DNA of 64,000 bases from Raillietiella orientalis. Taxonomy: Eukaryota. The stretch covers positions 1 through 64,000 of the forward strand of contig JAYWIR010000097.1 of NCBI GenBank assembly GCA_036172245.1, read 5' to 3'. Shown one piece after another: positions 23,501 to 38,500 of this stretch. Made by a program: the position numbers and the translations under genes. The notes beneath the pieces are model-generated. The model was not told where the DNA came from and made no database searches. It saw only the letters and a list, made by a program, of their open reading frames with translations. Numbering within the stretch: position 1 is the first letter of the stretch; each line of letters opens with the position of its first letter.

Positions 23501-26500
23501 GGGGGAAGAAAAGAGTGCGGGAGCCCTCACGATACCTGTGCACCGGCGCCTCCTGCAATGGTGTTTGCAGTGCGCATTGGAAGTACACGGACAGCCAGGA
23601 AGTCGGGGGGCAGCAACACAATTCACTGGAATGAAAAGAAAGGAATGTGCACCGCTTGAGCCGAGCGACTGCTCTGTGTTTGCAAAAGTGGTAAAGAATG
23701 AAAAGTGCGTACCGCATACTTTTTTATCCTGCTGTCTGCCGCATACGTTATCTTTGCAGTCTTTCGGAGAGTTGCACGCACAGAAGGGCGATTTGAGGGG
23801 CACATTGCACTGTGGATCTGCAACATCGCATTTGGGTTAATCAGCCACTATCGCACAATCACGAGGTCATTTTTTTTACGACATGTACTCAAGCAACAAG
23901 GAGATAAAGGGCATTGTCTAGGGCAGGCAACGGAATCAATCAATCAGTTATACAAGCCACGCTCCTTGAAATTGAAGAAGGAATGCAGAGGGATCGAAAC
24001 GGGAAGCATTTCCGGGAGGAGAATTCTGCGGGGAGTTCGTGAAAGAAGCGGCAGTGCTCCTGAAAACTTCCAGGACAGCGCAGTTCGTTCTCACGAGGAA
24101 ATGCTTCCGAGTGTTCCGCACGCTGACACCAACGGACTGCACGGCAGACACCCTGTTGTGCACTACTCACAGCACGTTCCGAACGCCGATTTCGGTTCAG
24201 GTTTCACGCAGGACTCGGAAGCACACTGCATATCCGATACACAGGAGCAGCCGGCCTCTTTTCTTCTTGAACACTTGTCTACGATACAGGGTGAGCATTA
24301 TGAATTGAGGACAACGTTCGGAAAGCGCAGTTTCGAAGATTTTTGGCTACCCGCGCAACGCACCTTTGCCACCGCAACTCAGAAACCCGGTTGCCGCGTC
24401 TCTCTCGCAGATGTTGAAGCATTCTTCTGGAAAGGAACATGCGCAACCGTCCGGATAGGGCGGAGCACAACCTGAAGAGCCCCCCTCGTCACCACGAAAC
24501 ACCTCCCGGGATCAAGTCCTACCGCATGCTTTCCCGCTGCAAAACTTTTCTTCGCACTCGTCGTGTTGCGTGCAGGGACATCCGGGAGGTCTGGTGTGTT
24601 GCTGGCAAATTCCTAAACAGGACAACAGGATTTCGAATCTCCGATCAAAACAAGAATAAGGAAATGCAAAGCATGGAACGCAACCAAGTCGTGTACAACC
24701 TCCATCGCAGATGTATCCTCTTGTATGGATTATGCAAACAAGGCACTCGGGATTGCAAGGACAACCACCGCCTCGGGGACACACTGAACACAGCAACAGT
24801 TTTCGAGAACACGTGAATACTCATTCAGTACCAGAGCACTTCTTGATCTCGTCAACGATTGCAAGGCAATCTTTGCCTCCGCAACCTTTCGGGCTGTCGC
24901 AGGGGCAGCCTTCAACGTTCCCACGAGAACACGCCCCTTCAAAACCTGAATGCACACTTTCTGGAAGGAACCCATCACGAGGAAGGAACTTTTCATACCG
25001 CATGTCTCGTTCAAGCATAACGACTTCAGACAGTGACTGGGGTGCGCACACCTACACGTGGGCGGTTTCACGGCTATCGCAGCACACGCGTCTACGATGG
25101 AAAAGGAAGAAGGCAAGTGTGTGAATCGACAAGTCCCGAACCGGTGTACTACTGACTGTCATCCACAGAGCAGAAGTTGTGGGAGCACTCCAAACTCTGG
25201 CAGGAGTCAGGACTGGTGCACGGACAGTAGGGGCTAAGAGGTGGTTTCTTGCAGTTTCCTACAATTAGAGTCTAAGCTCGGTATCCACGTCATTTCGTCG
25301 TCACGTTTGGGGGGGGGGGGCAAAAGCCGGAAAAGGGGGACGGTTAAGTTGAACCGGTTTCCCTTGGTAAGTGCCAGCAAAGTTCTTAAACTGACCACAG
25401 TCGGAATGGAACGGAGGTTTTCGAACGCAAATGGCTTCTTACCGCAGTAGCTGAAACCTTTGGAAGTCACGCATTCATGCTGACATGGCTTGTTTTTGTT
25501 GTTGCAAGGACATCCGGGAGCTCCGATGAACTTGCAGAGAGTGTCTAAAAGACAAACGATTCGGGAATGTGTGATTTCCCTTCTACTAAAGTGCACATGC
25601 GTTTCAGGTCCAAAAAACTACAATGCCAAGCATGAATCTCGCATTTTGCGCGCTTCGAATCCACGGCTTAAGAAGGCATGCGATTTTGCAAGCAAGAAGC
25701 CCTTCGTTGAGGACGCATTCGTTCAAGAAGCCTCCTTTCTTGTCTTCGTTAAAGGTGAATGAGATGAATGTGGAATTTTCCTCTACCTGGAGTGCACTTC
25801 AGTTCGCTTAGATTGCATACTCCTTCACACTGACGAGAGTTACTGCAAGAGCAACCAGGCATGAAAGCATATCTGCAGCTTCCTGAATCGGATGTAAGCA
25901 AACGTGGAGAGAGCAAGGAAAACTTACGGCAGTAACATTTGCTGCAAATGCTTTCTCCGTGGCAGTCAGCATTGTCCTTGCAATTGCACTCTGACTTGCC
26001 ACACTTATCGGAAGCCGTAACTGTTGACGAGATGATTCATTAAAAAAAAAAAAAAACAGATACTCATTGTGGATTGCTGACACTTTCGAGGCTAGCATTT
26101 CACACTAGAGTTTTCTAATCACCACGAAACTCACTATCGGATGTGAATCGAACGGTGAGTTTTTCAAGAGTCGCGCTCAGATTGGTGGCTTTCCTCACCA
26201 CGTTCGAAACAGCAAGCATTTCTTGGTGTTTCTCAACAAGGAGTCCGAGTGGGAATTGGAAAGTTGAAGAAGCCAAGACAAAGTCGCAGTAAACGATTGG
26301 TTGGAAAAAGCGATGTTTTGGAAATTCCAGTCACTTACCGCATTTCGCTTTGAAGCAGACTCCACAAGCGCATTGCGAATGCTCAATGCAGTCGCATTCC
26401 GGGGGAAATGGAGGATTTGGAGGGCATATCAAGCGACCTAGAATACATTTTCTTTTCTACTGGATGCATACTCAGGAACTCTGGCAAGATATTGAGTGCG

Positions 26501-29500
26501 CAGTTATAGAAGACACGGTCTTGGTTTTAAGTGGCAGAAAGTGCCTGCTCTCACGTTCACATTTCCATATCTACCCATCCAATAAGGTTGCTCTTCTACG
26601 TTTCCCTCGACTTATGAGAGAGACGCATTTTGTTTGTTACAGCTAAAGCACACAACCAAAGAGATTGATTGTCTTTTTGTGCTCGCAAAGATTCGGACAT
26701 GCCAAACGAATTGCTGGTGCGCGTAGAATAGCGATTCCTCAAGCAGCTTAGGCTCCGCTTAGTGTTTGATCTTGGCGAGACTCACTTCAAGGCAAGAGGA
26801 ACCGTAAAAACACACGCGCGCACACGCAACAGAATGCAACTCCGGACGATACTTGGAGGAAGATCGGGGCTTGAGATGCAAAAGACACCAGTACTCACTA
26901 CATATTCCCTCTACACATCTCAAGGATTTCTCGCAGTCTCCATGCTTTTCGCATTGGCAGTATTCTTTGCGATTTCCTCCTCGGCAGATGTCTACAAAGG
27001 GTTTTTGCTTTTCTTATTCTCATGACAAATGGCAAAAAAGATATCGTCAAAGGGATGAAAAACTCCACGAATGAATCGAAAGATTAACAGATGGCCTCCT
27101 ACCACAAGTTTCCTGGATACACGTTCCACTTGCACACTGGAAACTGGATTTGCAGGGGCAGTGCGGAAATGCCAATGTACTGGTACACGCATCGTCTTCA
27201 CAGTGCAAGTCAGCCACGTCGTTTGTCTCTCTGATGCGTGGACACTTACCGCAAATCCCGCTATAGTCATCGTGGTATCTGCAGATCAGTTTCCCCACAC
27301 AGCTTGAAGGAACTGAACACGGACAGTATTGTGGTGCTGGATAAACACATTTCACTAGATGGAAGACTCGTTTATTGAATGCTTCGGATGAGCATGCGGA
27401 GTACCGCAAGAGCAGCCCACGCTACACCACTTGGGATGAGGACAGAGGCATGTGCTTCCTGTCGATTCGCACTCAGCAGAAGGTACTTGCAAAACAAGGA
27501 GCACAACAATCAAATGCTAAACAAAAACAAACGCCTTTTCCCGAACAAGTAGAGCACAGAATCACAAAACGACAACAACAACTCGTAGGTCATTGGGAAA
27601 CGAAAATTTATCAGAAACGTGACGGATGGAGACGGAATAAGTTGTGACAAAAGCGTTTGCGTTTCTTGCAGATGGATTACTGAAACCACTAGAAGTAGTT
27701 ATACAATGAAAGATGAAATTCATGAGAACTAAAGACAAATCTTTCATATCCCCATTCGGATTCAAATTTCTATTCGCCAAGCCCAACGTTCACTTGCAAA
27801 CGAATTGACCTTGAAGTTTGCGACCAAAGGACACTTACCGCATATTCCTTTCGTGCCGGTCCTTACGCAGGAATGACCCCGAGGACAAGTCCCTCCTTTT
27901 TGCAAATGCTTTCCGGTGGTGCAGTAGTTAACTGGAAAGAACAGAGCATGCTGTTTTAAGGATCCATATTTCGCCTGAAAGTTCTGAGCGCTTCCAACAA
28001 ACGCATCGGAAACGAAAAGAGTAAGGAATGTGAAATGGGATGGAACATTTTGCAAAGTGCTCGAACAATCTCGGTGAATTTATCAGCAACTCAAGGAGTT
28101 TGCCATTTACTTTCCGTGGGAGACGATTTTCATTTACACAACGGAATCATTCTTCCTGAGCTTTCTCCGTTGTTTTTGGGAAGGAATTGGTTACGACGAA
28201 TGAACCTGCCGGTTCATTTGTAGCACCTCCTTAGCCGCTGACTGGTCATTTTGAATGCAGATATGGAAACCGTATTTCTCAAAAACAAATTTCAAAGACT
28301 TACTGCATGTTGCTGTTATTGCATCACATCTTCCCTGACAATCCTCGGGAGCAGCACACGCACAGTTCGTTTCTCCTATCTCTTTCGAGCAGGGAGCTGG
28401 CAAATACATCAAAGATACATCCGTTGAAAAAATAATTTCCGATACTTTGCATTTGTCATCCCGTTTGCTATCAAATTTACTGTTCTTCGGTGCTTGAAAG
28501 CAATAGCATTCGATGTTTCGCGTCTCCTAAAAGGCACTTGCTCTGGAGGTGAATTTCCAGCTCCAGCATTTACGACTATTACCGTATTATTTAATATTGT
28601 CGCACGTAACAACTTCTCGATCCGGAAAGCGTGTGATATTTGCGCGATTTATTCGTCGTGCTTTCATCATCACCGAAATAACAAGGCTAAAAATGTGCGA
28701 AAAATGAATAGGAGGAGTGCTTTAAAAGTAATGAATTTGAGCCGTATTCTGGCCTTAGTTGGCTCCTGAGACTTGTTCATCAACACGTGCTGGGAACGCA
28801 TCCCAGGGGAGACTGGAGATGTACCTCAACGACCGACTACAGAAAGCTATCAACGTCTCCATCTTCCGGTTAGAACGGCTAATGGGTGCTTATCCGGTGG
28901 CTACTACCGCGGTTCGTGAAGTACTTGCTTTATCCACGAAAGCGAATCTCAGCAGTTTCATTTCCCGGACATGGAACCGCTGACACCGGAACATTCTCCC
29001 ATCAGGAAGGGGGATGCGATGCGAGGGTGCGAGGGTGAGGAAGAAAAAGCGCCGGCGACACCGAAGGAACACCGAAGACGGAGCGGGAAGGTGGCCGAAG
29101 ATTCGAAAAGTTCTTCCCTTCCCTTTGTAGCTTGTGGACGAAGAGATGTCCGTCGTCATACACGCTACAACTCGATATAGTTAACATGTTGCATTACATT
29201 TGGTTCCCTGTAACGTTTAAAATAAGAATTCATAAAGCATCAACATGAATTGTTGGGACAGTTTAGAGATCTAGCATCAAAGGAAGAATTCGAAACCAAT
29301 TCTTAGAAATCTTCAGGCTGGCTTATAACTACGCAAGACTTTTCCTCCATCTCACATAAGGGCGTCAGTTTTAGCAGCTGGACTTACAGCGCATTTCAAG
29401 TAGACAGTCTCTTCTCGGAAGTTTTCAAACTTTGTCCTTCAAATAAGAAAAAAAAAAGCATTGATTACGCTGAAGCCACGTTGCTGATGTGTTTCAGGGA

Positions 29501-32500
29501 AGTTTCAAGATCGAGCACTTCCTTACGGTGAAGGAATAAGTTGCTACTCACTGCAGAATCCGTTGTAACACACTCTGCTTGCGCAAACTGCGGGTGATTT
29601 GCAATTGCAGAGAGATAAAAGCGGAGTTTGTTCGCAATCTGGAACTGAGAAACAAAATTATTTATGGGGTAGCTGTTTCAATGCTTTCACTTTTTACATC
29701 ATGACGTTAACACCGTTTACACACTTCTACCCTGGCTTTTAAGAGTAGTATGGTTACAAATATGGAAGAATTAGTATAAAAAAAAAGAAATAGGAAATCT
29801 TTCACCAATATAATGTGGTAGATGGATTTGAAAGCCTTACCACAAACTTTATCTTCGCATATTAGATTTCCACTGCATTCGGATGATGAGCTGCATGGGC
29901 ACCCTCTGTATTTATTCAGTTTCGTACACCAAGCTGAAATTCCTTACTAACATAAGCTCATCGTTATCTAAAAACTACCTTCTCATCAGATTATTACGTA
30001 AATCTCCTTTCATCTCATGAATTCATGAGATAAAAGTGCCAACTTACAAAGATGTACTATATGATGATCAGTTCTGAGAAAAAGGATAGAACGAGGTACG
30101 CATTCAAAGCTTCATGCACGGAACAGTCTTAAAGGAGTGAAAAGTCCAAACTTTTCTCTTGTATGACAAGGGAGGAAAATCCGAAACACAGCTCGTTCTT
30201 CTCAATCCCTTTCCCAAATCAAAAAGGAAGAAGGAAACGAAGACCATCCCAGTGAGGAAACACAGTAGTACAGGTGCTGCAATTGTGAACTCTTAGTTAC
30301 TTTTGTACGCAACAAACTAGACATTGAAGAATGGAAAGTTTTGTGGTTGTGAAGCAAACACCACCGGCAACCACTGTACCCAGGCAACCGGCGACACAGA
30401 ACAGCCCGTGCTCTAGTCTGGCAATGGGCAAACGGAAGACTGTCAAAAGCAGTCCGCGAACGAATTTGCGAAACAGCGTAAACGAACAAATTGGTACCTT
30501 TCTTAGCCGTCTCAAGGTTTAAACGAAATGCTGGTTCCTTCTCAGGGGTCAACCCATCTGCATGCCAACCTAAACTCAAGGGCAGGAGACAACGCAACCA
30601 TCGCATGGTAACTCCCTGCGGTGCCTTTCGAAAAGCGCGCTTCATAGCACGGTGTACAGAACTCGAGCAAATCTTCCAGCGACCAGTTGGCATCTTGAAG
30701 ATATTCGATGAGAACGCTCCCGTTCAGGAGCCCTGAAGCAACGACTCGAGGATACGAAACCAGGATCGCATCACAGGAAACGAAGAAGCGAGACAGACGT
30801 TTCGAAAGACGGAGATATCAAGAATTCTTTAAATCAAGCTGTTTGTTTTTAGCGTTGCTCCTTTGTATTGCCCATTAAGAAGCTTTTGTGGCTGCATCGA
30901 AAACGATGAACGCAGCTGCAATCAAGAGGATAGCCCTATCTCCGTGCAGATGAATTTAGGGTCACTTCACAGGAAAGTTCACGACCATCCTAATACGAAT
31001 GAGGCAATTCGAGAAAAGAAAAAGGTGGTTTTCGCTCCTTAGTGGAAAACGGTAGCTTAAAGAAAAGCAAATGTATAGAAAGTGAATAATTAAAAGAATT
31101 AATCAACGCCCGAACACATACTGACCGCATTTGCGTTTTTTGCATTCTCCGTTTCGGCATGCAGCATTTGAGGAACAGTCGCATCCCGGGGATTTCAGTG
31201 CAGAGCCGCAATCTGGGACTATAAAAACACACACATCTAGCCGTGTCATCGTGTCGGTCATCGAAACTTTTGCGACAGAAAGCAGATCGTACAATGGAGA
31301 GCAGGAAAATAATGCATTTTCAAGATATCAAGCCAAGAAATTTTGAATTAGTTTTGCTTGCATCCTGAAACGCAGGAAATTCGTTTCATTGTGAATTCTG
31401 TGTTTACCACTATTCTCGGAGCAGATGCATTGGATTGCTTATTAAGTAGGGAAAACGTTAAGTGAAAAAACACGCCATGCAGAAAAAGGACATGAGGCCA
31501 TACCGCAAACATGCGTATTGGAATCACAGGTGAATGGGTGCCTGCAGTCTCCAGGCAGAAAGCAGTCACAGTTCGCATCTCGACCCCTTCCAGAACAAGT
31601 GGCTGAAATGACAAGGGTTTCTTTGGTTCCTTTTGAACTCGGTTTTGCTTCACGAAATTCCCGCTTTTGCATGGAAGAGGACAGTTCGAGAAAAAAAACT
31701 GAAAATCGCTTCGGGATTCTGTGGAATTCTTGATCACATTAATAAACTTTCCAAGAGATGGCAACAAGTAGGAAGACTTTTGAGCTTACTGCATTTTCCA
31801 TCCTTGCACATGTGAGACGAGCAATCTTTTGGAGACGAGCAGGGACAAGAGGGCGCACCATGCCATGGGAGGGAGGGGCATTTTTCTTCCAGATACACTG
31901 AAAATGAATAAAGGCGGAATGATTACTGTCCATACTTGCACTTGAATACTTTTGTGTGATTTGAATAGGAGCGACTGTACTCAATAAGAATGCAAAAACG
32001 ATCAAGAGCGCACTTCCTTTCGTACCCTCGAAGTTTCATTCCAAATAACTTCTAAGTCTTTTTTTTTCACTCCAAACACTGAAATCATGCTTCTCGAGTC
32101 AGACTTTGGAAAGATTTGGCGTGTGGTAATCGAAAACAAGGTGTTTTCGAAGACTGGACGAGAACGTTTCCGCCAGAATGAGGGCCACGTAAGCATCATT
32201 TTATAAGCATCCATCGTCAGTTTTTAACGTTTTAACGTCATCGAATGCTTGGCATGAGTGACTTTAAATTTTAGACTTTAAATTTTAACGTCAGTGCTCA
32301 CGGGATCAACACCATTAAATGGATTGTAAGAGCATGGCCAGCATGAATTCGTCATTCCTTCTGTTTCGGGAATAACCAAAAGAAACCGAACAACGCACTT
32401 TCAATGATTTTGCCTTTGTAGCCGTTTTTGTTTCATCTTCATCCACTTCCAGAAAAGCCTGTCACGTGTGCTCTAAAACTAATGGCGGACTGGAATCAAA

Positions 32501-35500
32501 CTGACTTCTTACAGTTCTTGTATTCTTCTGCTTCATGTCGGATGGGTTTCAAATGTGTTACGAATGCCTTGTGATTTACAATCGGTCCTTAGCTCCAGTA
32601 GTCAGGAAATGGCAGCATTGAAAATGATATCCTGATTGCTGATGGTTCGTGAATGACCTTCGGAAAACAAGCCAGCAACCAATTTGCGTAAGTTTCCTCT
32701 TACAATTGCAACAGAAACGGGAAATTTATTTTCAACTATAAATTCAGTTTTGAAGTTTTAAAAATCACGGAATAGCTTCCGGATTGTTTTGTCTTAAACA
32801 TCTTGCCTATTAGAAGGATGCGTAAATCTGCACAAATAACAGTTTGCTCCCATATCTAATTGTTCAAAAAGCAATTAGGTAAGGATTCAGTTAGAAAGTG
32901 AGACAAACAATTATCTGTGCAACGTTGCCGGCGTTTAAAGAAATGGAAAAACAAATGCTGACGTAGGAGGAATCCCTAGTTTGTTGAAACAGGATTCTGC
33001 AGTTTCGTTTCGGAAATCGATGTTTGCTCTTCGGTTAGTGAAAATTTTCAAAAACGTTGAACCTCTTTCATGCTGCCTTTCAAGAGACAATAGGAAAGAG
33101 GCATCCGTTCTTTTTGCATTTCTAGCGGAGAGTCAATGTTAGGGAAGCGAACCCGAGAGAAGATCCGTGTCGGTTCTGTTTCTTTCCACCGCATATTCAT
33201 CAGAAATGCACCGGTAGCTTTTGTTTGACAGAAATTTTCCTTTTATTCAGCGGTGTTTACACTGCTCACAAAACGAATGATCCAAATTCGTTGAACTTTT
33301 GGTCCGAGAGAAGCATCCCTCTCCTCATAAGAGGTGCAGCAATGAAATCATAGCATCTTCGGGACGAACGGGTTGCCCCTGTATATATTCAGTTTTCTAT
33401 TTGCTTATGGACCGATGTAACACTTCCTTCTCGATGTATCAGCGAATGCAGTATCTTTTACCGAATCGCATACATGAAAGTGACCGTTTAATCTACAGCA
33501 CCAAAACCATAAATGTTGTTTCTCTTTTGTAAGGATGTTTGTCCCTGAAGTGCATTCCTTCTCAGATCCATACTCCGCTGCTCCCGATCTCAATTCCGAG
33601 CATGTGACCCATGCAGCTCTAAAAATGACTTTCCAATACTTTCCCCCGAATCGAGAGTGCAAAGAGCGAGTTGCTAAGTGATGGATCACAGTTTCCAATT
33701 GATTGGAAACAAGTGTAATCGAAAGTGGTGCTACGCTCGTGTCGGCGTTTGCGTTGTCTCGAATGCCTTCCTTGAAAGTCCGTACTTACTGCATAATTTT
33801 TCCTTGCATTCCAATCCCGAGACGCATTTTTTTCCATTGCAGGGGCAGTACACCGACGCCGACGATTTTTCGCACTGCGGCCGAGTTTCTAAGATTAGAA
33901 AATTGTGTTTTGGTTTCCTTTTGGGGAGACTTTTTCTATTCTTTCCATTCAAACGACTATAGATAATGCATTGGAAGTAACAGGAGTCTAGTTACTCTAC
34001 TTTTGAATTGAATTTACACTCCAAAGCACCCATGTTGAAAAGAAGCAGTATGGACACGTTATTGCAATATAGGTTACTGTTTCGACTAACCACAAAATCC
34101 TGAAGAACATGCGAGATGTCTTGCACAATCCATGTTGGACAAACAAGGGCAACCTTCGACACCTAAAAACCGGCTACAAGTCTCTGGAAAAAAAATAGTT
34201 CGTGACATTTTCATGCAGTCGTTTCCGAATCAGATTTTTCGAAATGCTTTTGTCTGAGGATATTTCGAGGAATGCGAACAAAGGAAAACGGGAAGAAAAA
34301 ATCAACTTTTCCCATCGCGGACGTTTGAGGCATTCTTCGCTATTGCGAATGCACCAACACGTCACAGAAACTCCTGCTTTCAAGTTTTGAGCGTAGGAAA
34401 TCAAATAACACGGAAAGCAAGGGATGAGCTCAATGATGTGCAAGCGGCAAATGGGTCCTTCCTTTGCCACTGTTCCATAGGATCGTCAATAGGATCACAT
34501 GTGCACTTTCAGGTTTCAGTAGACCTACGGAGGCATCTCTCGCAACGGGAATCTTGTTTTTTGTGCCCAACTCATTTCATTCAAAGAGATCATTCGAAAA
34601 GAGAACACGCATACTGCGTACGTTTATCTCGTGTGGAAAAATACGTCGGAAACGTATAGTAAACGTATGCTTCGCCATCATGGTGTACTTACGGCACAGT
34701 CCGCTTTCACAGGTTAAACTGTCGCATTCCTCGTTGGATTGGCAGCTGCAACCAACAGGTTTGATGGTTTGGCTGCAATCAGGAACTAAAACACACAAGC
34801 CACAGATGTGAATCACGGAAGAATTGTCGCTTCTCAGGGCTCTCCGCGCGCAGTAGTGGCTGAAGAATTTCCACGAAAATGGCGTTCAGATTACTTCAGG
34901 ATAGCTTGCAGAGAGACTCGAGAAGCAAAAAGAAATACAAGGGAGTTTCAGAGATCGTGAGAATCGGAACTCGTCGCCATCCTCAACTGGAGCACTCCAA
35001 CTCGAAAATCGTCTTCTGCACATGTGACTGCAAAACTTCGGACGAAAGAAAAAATCTTCTTCCCCCATGCTGATCGCGTTTCTATCTTTATAGTTTCACC
35101 TGTCTTTCACATGGATGAAAGGTGACTCTCTCACTGCACCGTCACGCGTGTGTGCCTTTATCGTCGAAGCCGTTGCCGCGAATCTCAAGTGTTGTTAATT
35201 TTTAGATCCTGGGATGAAACGATTGCATATTCCAACAGCGACTTGCAAATCGATTCGAACGGATGCATGCAACTTGGATTTCTTCCGGTCGCATTTGTGG
35301 TCGCAATGTGCCCGCGGCGCTCCTCGAACGCGGAAAGCCAGAGTAGCTGAATTCTTCAAACTTCGTTACGTCTTCTTTTCAAAAATCAGTATTTGGGGAA
35401 AATGGAGAATGTGCGCCCATTTCCAGTAGCAAAAGCTTGAAGTTGTTTACGCGAAAAAGAAATTACGAAAAATTGCAAACAAGTATCGAATCGAATGCAA

Positions 35501-38500
35501 CAGTTCGTTTTGTGCAGTCACCATTTCTCGTCATGGTGATCGCTGACTTGGTTTCTGCAACTCTATCCCAAGTGATCCTATTCGGCTTAGTCTTCCCTCC
35601 TTTTCCTTCTTTCATCACGGTGCTTCTCGAAAAATAGACTTCAATTTAACATCTTTGTCTAAAAGAGAACATCGCTTGCCTCCACTCTCCTGGAAGATCA
35701 TTCGAAAAATTCATCCTTTCTGGGAATGCTGAAACTTTCGGTATTGTGTCGGAAATCGAATTCTTCCTTTTGAGTCAGATCCTCAGTCTCGACCATCGGT
35801 TTTCTACTTCTGCAGTACATGACTTTCTGCGAAAAAAACTCTGAAGGAGCTTTTCAGACATCGTAGTTGGAACTCCATTAACAAGGATAAAGTCCAAGAA
35901 GAGATCTGAAAATCCACAATGGTATTCCGATTACACTGATTCCTTTCACCTCCTTTTGGTTCATTAAGCTCAAATGCCAGACCTCGTTTTTGAAGCACTC
36001 TGGAAACCGTTTGATTTGATCTTTCTTCATAAAAGTGCAGTATTTTTTATGCAGAATTCCTTCACCATTTGCCTCTTTTAGTCTCCTCTTTTGGGATGGA
36101 TAGGCTCGGTGGTTGGGTTTCGTGGAAGGAGCACTATTTTGATATTATTTCGCTGCTGGATTTCGGAGAAACGTTGCAAGAAATGCAGCCAAGTGGGCAC
36201 ACGCAGATTTCTCTTACTCATTTTGCGTATCAACGAAAGCAATTTCTTTCCGATCAGTGCTGTTTGGAGTTCGGTTTTGCCTGTTAATATTAAAGCAAAA
36301 GAGTTTCAATTTCTTCCCATGTTTGTATTTCAGCACTGTGAACTTTTGCTGCTTTTGCCTGAATTCAAAGGGTTCTTGATAATTAAAGACAATTAGTTAT
36401 TCGTTGCTATCTCCCAGTTTGCTCCACGGACTTTTTCTCTAATTCTTCAATAATCGTTAGGTTAGCACTGCTTGTTTCCTCCCACGAAATGCCTAAATCT
36501 TGCGCTTTCTCTGAAGCTGTATTTTCAATGCTGATGAGTTTCAGACCTCTGTTTCAGAAAAGACTTTTGATTTATAAAGTGCTTTTTCAACAGCAATATT
36601 GAGAGGGATGCGAACATTGTAGAAACAGCGAATCCATAATCCAAGAATTCCATATTTCTGAAAACAGGAGCGTCTCTACTCGTTGCTGAATATTTCCGCC
36701 GATGCCCACTTGTTGGGCGCGTTGCCTATTTGATATTTCTCTCGTATAAATGTTTCGTAGCGTCATTCGTCATCTTCTCGTGTTGGACCCGACTGGAATC
36801 GAAGTGTACTTTTCTCTTGGATGGAGAGCTATTGATTTCCTTTCCGTGGCATAGCGGCGGAGGAGGAGAGGGATTCCACACAAATCGGGAGCGTGGCCGA
36901 AGTGTCGCACCGCTCTTAAGAAGGATCGGCTCATCAATGCTCGATTTCTTCACCCCATTTTCTTCACCCCCGTTGAAGTTGAATTTCACCGCATGAAACC
37001 CATTCCACTCGGCAAAACTGTAAAGCTGCACTCTCGCAGAGAATTGACACGACAAAACCTCTTCCAGGATTCGTGTAGATGCATTGCATTCCGATTTTCG
37101 AAAATTCACAAATACATGGAGGTCTTCAAAGAAGCGGACATTCAACTGATGACCGCAGTTTCCCTTCTCACGTGTTCCAATGGGAGAGAAACAACGAAAC
37201 AAAAAAGACTCGATTTGCCATCACTCGCAGTTTGTCTTTTTAAAAGAGTTCCGCCTTCTCAATGGATTTACTTCATTCTCCATCACATTGAGGAACTGAA
37301 ATCGAACTGCTGTTCTCGTTTTCACTTTAATGAATGAATTTTGTTCTTTCTTTCTATTCTTAAAGAAAGTAAACAAGCACCTGATGAATCAATTTAGAGA
37401 ATGAAATCGTGTACTAAAGGACGAAAACCATCTACACACGAAAGTCACATTGGGAAGCCTAATTTACTGTACTCGCGAACATAGAAGCCAAGTATTGAAA
37501 ATAAGCTAAGTGGTCACACGTGGAATACGCTATTTACCGCATTTGGAGGTACTTTCATCTTCAGAGCATCTATACCGAGGTGCACAAGGACAAGGGCAGT
37601 TGGTCTTCCCCAATCCAGGAATGCAGACATCTGTAACACATGAGAACACCAATCCTCATTTCCTTACATACCAGCTGACTTTAATTTCTGAACATTTCAA
37701 ATTAAACAAGCAAGTGGTTGCCCGTTGAGAAAAAGAAAGGGAAAAAAACGTGCACGATTTGTTTTGCTATGCAACTCAAACGTACTGAGATTCAGACGGA
37801 GAACTACTAACACGTATTCGTTACCAGAAGAAAAAAAAAAGGAAGAAAAATCTTAAAGGAATATAAAGAGCAAGCACTAGAAGTATGCAAAACCTTTGCT
37901 TACACTGAACACATTCTGGAAAAATTTCTGTGCTTGGAAGAGTCGAAAATCGGTTTAGAAATAGGCAGATGCTCCCGAATCAGTCATTGTCAGTAACAAA
38001 TGCAAAATACAGTAATGTTCCATCATGAAGCGTCATTTTTAAGACAAAGTAAAACTGTATTCACTGCAATATAACAGCATCCAAACAAAAAGGCGGAATC
38101 CTGCATTGCGTAGCAAGACGAAAGTAAAGGAATAAGAAAACTCACCGCATTTTCTTGCCGAACACGAGTCGATGTCACAGTCCCCAGGAGCCCAGCAGGG
38201 ACAAGACGGTTTCAACGGTTTGGCATTGCAAATGACCTCTGGTAAAAATACAGATGAAATTTCATGAAAAACAAGATACGTTAAAAAGATATGTCCAGAG
38301 AGCATCTTCTTCCAAAAATGGCAAGAAAATGCAAGTTTCGCGCAGACTTATCGTGACTTACCGCACTCTCCCTTCGAACAGCCATGGTGTAGATCGCAGT
38401 CCAAATCAGTAGCGCATTTCTTTGCTGCTTCTGGAATAACACACACTCAATAAAACACTGAGCTTTCCCAATGAGGCGGAAACGAGCTTAGCAGCGGATC

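Noticed and set aside
23705..24475. 256-aa plus-strand ORF with a hydrophobic N-terminus
   Set aside because: It is antisense to several well-formed module exons and their introns, and has no recognisable motifs.
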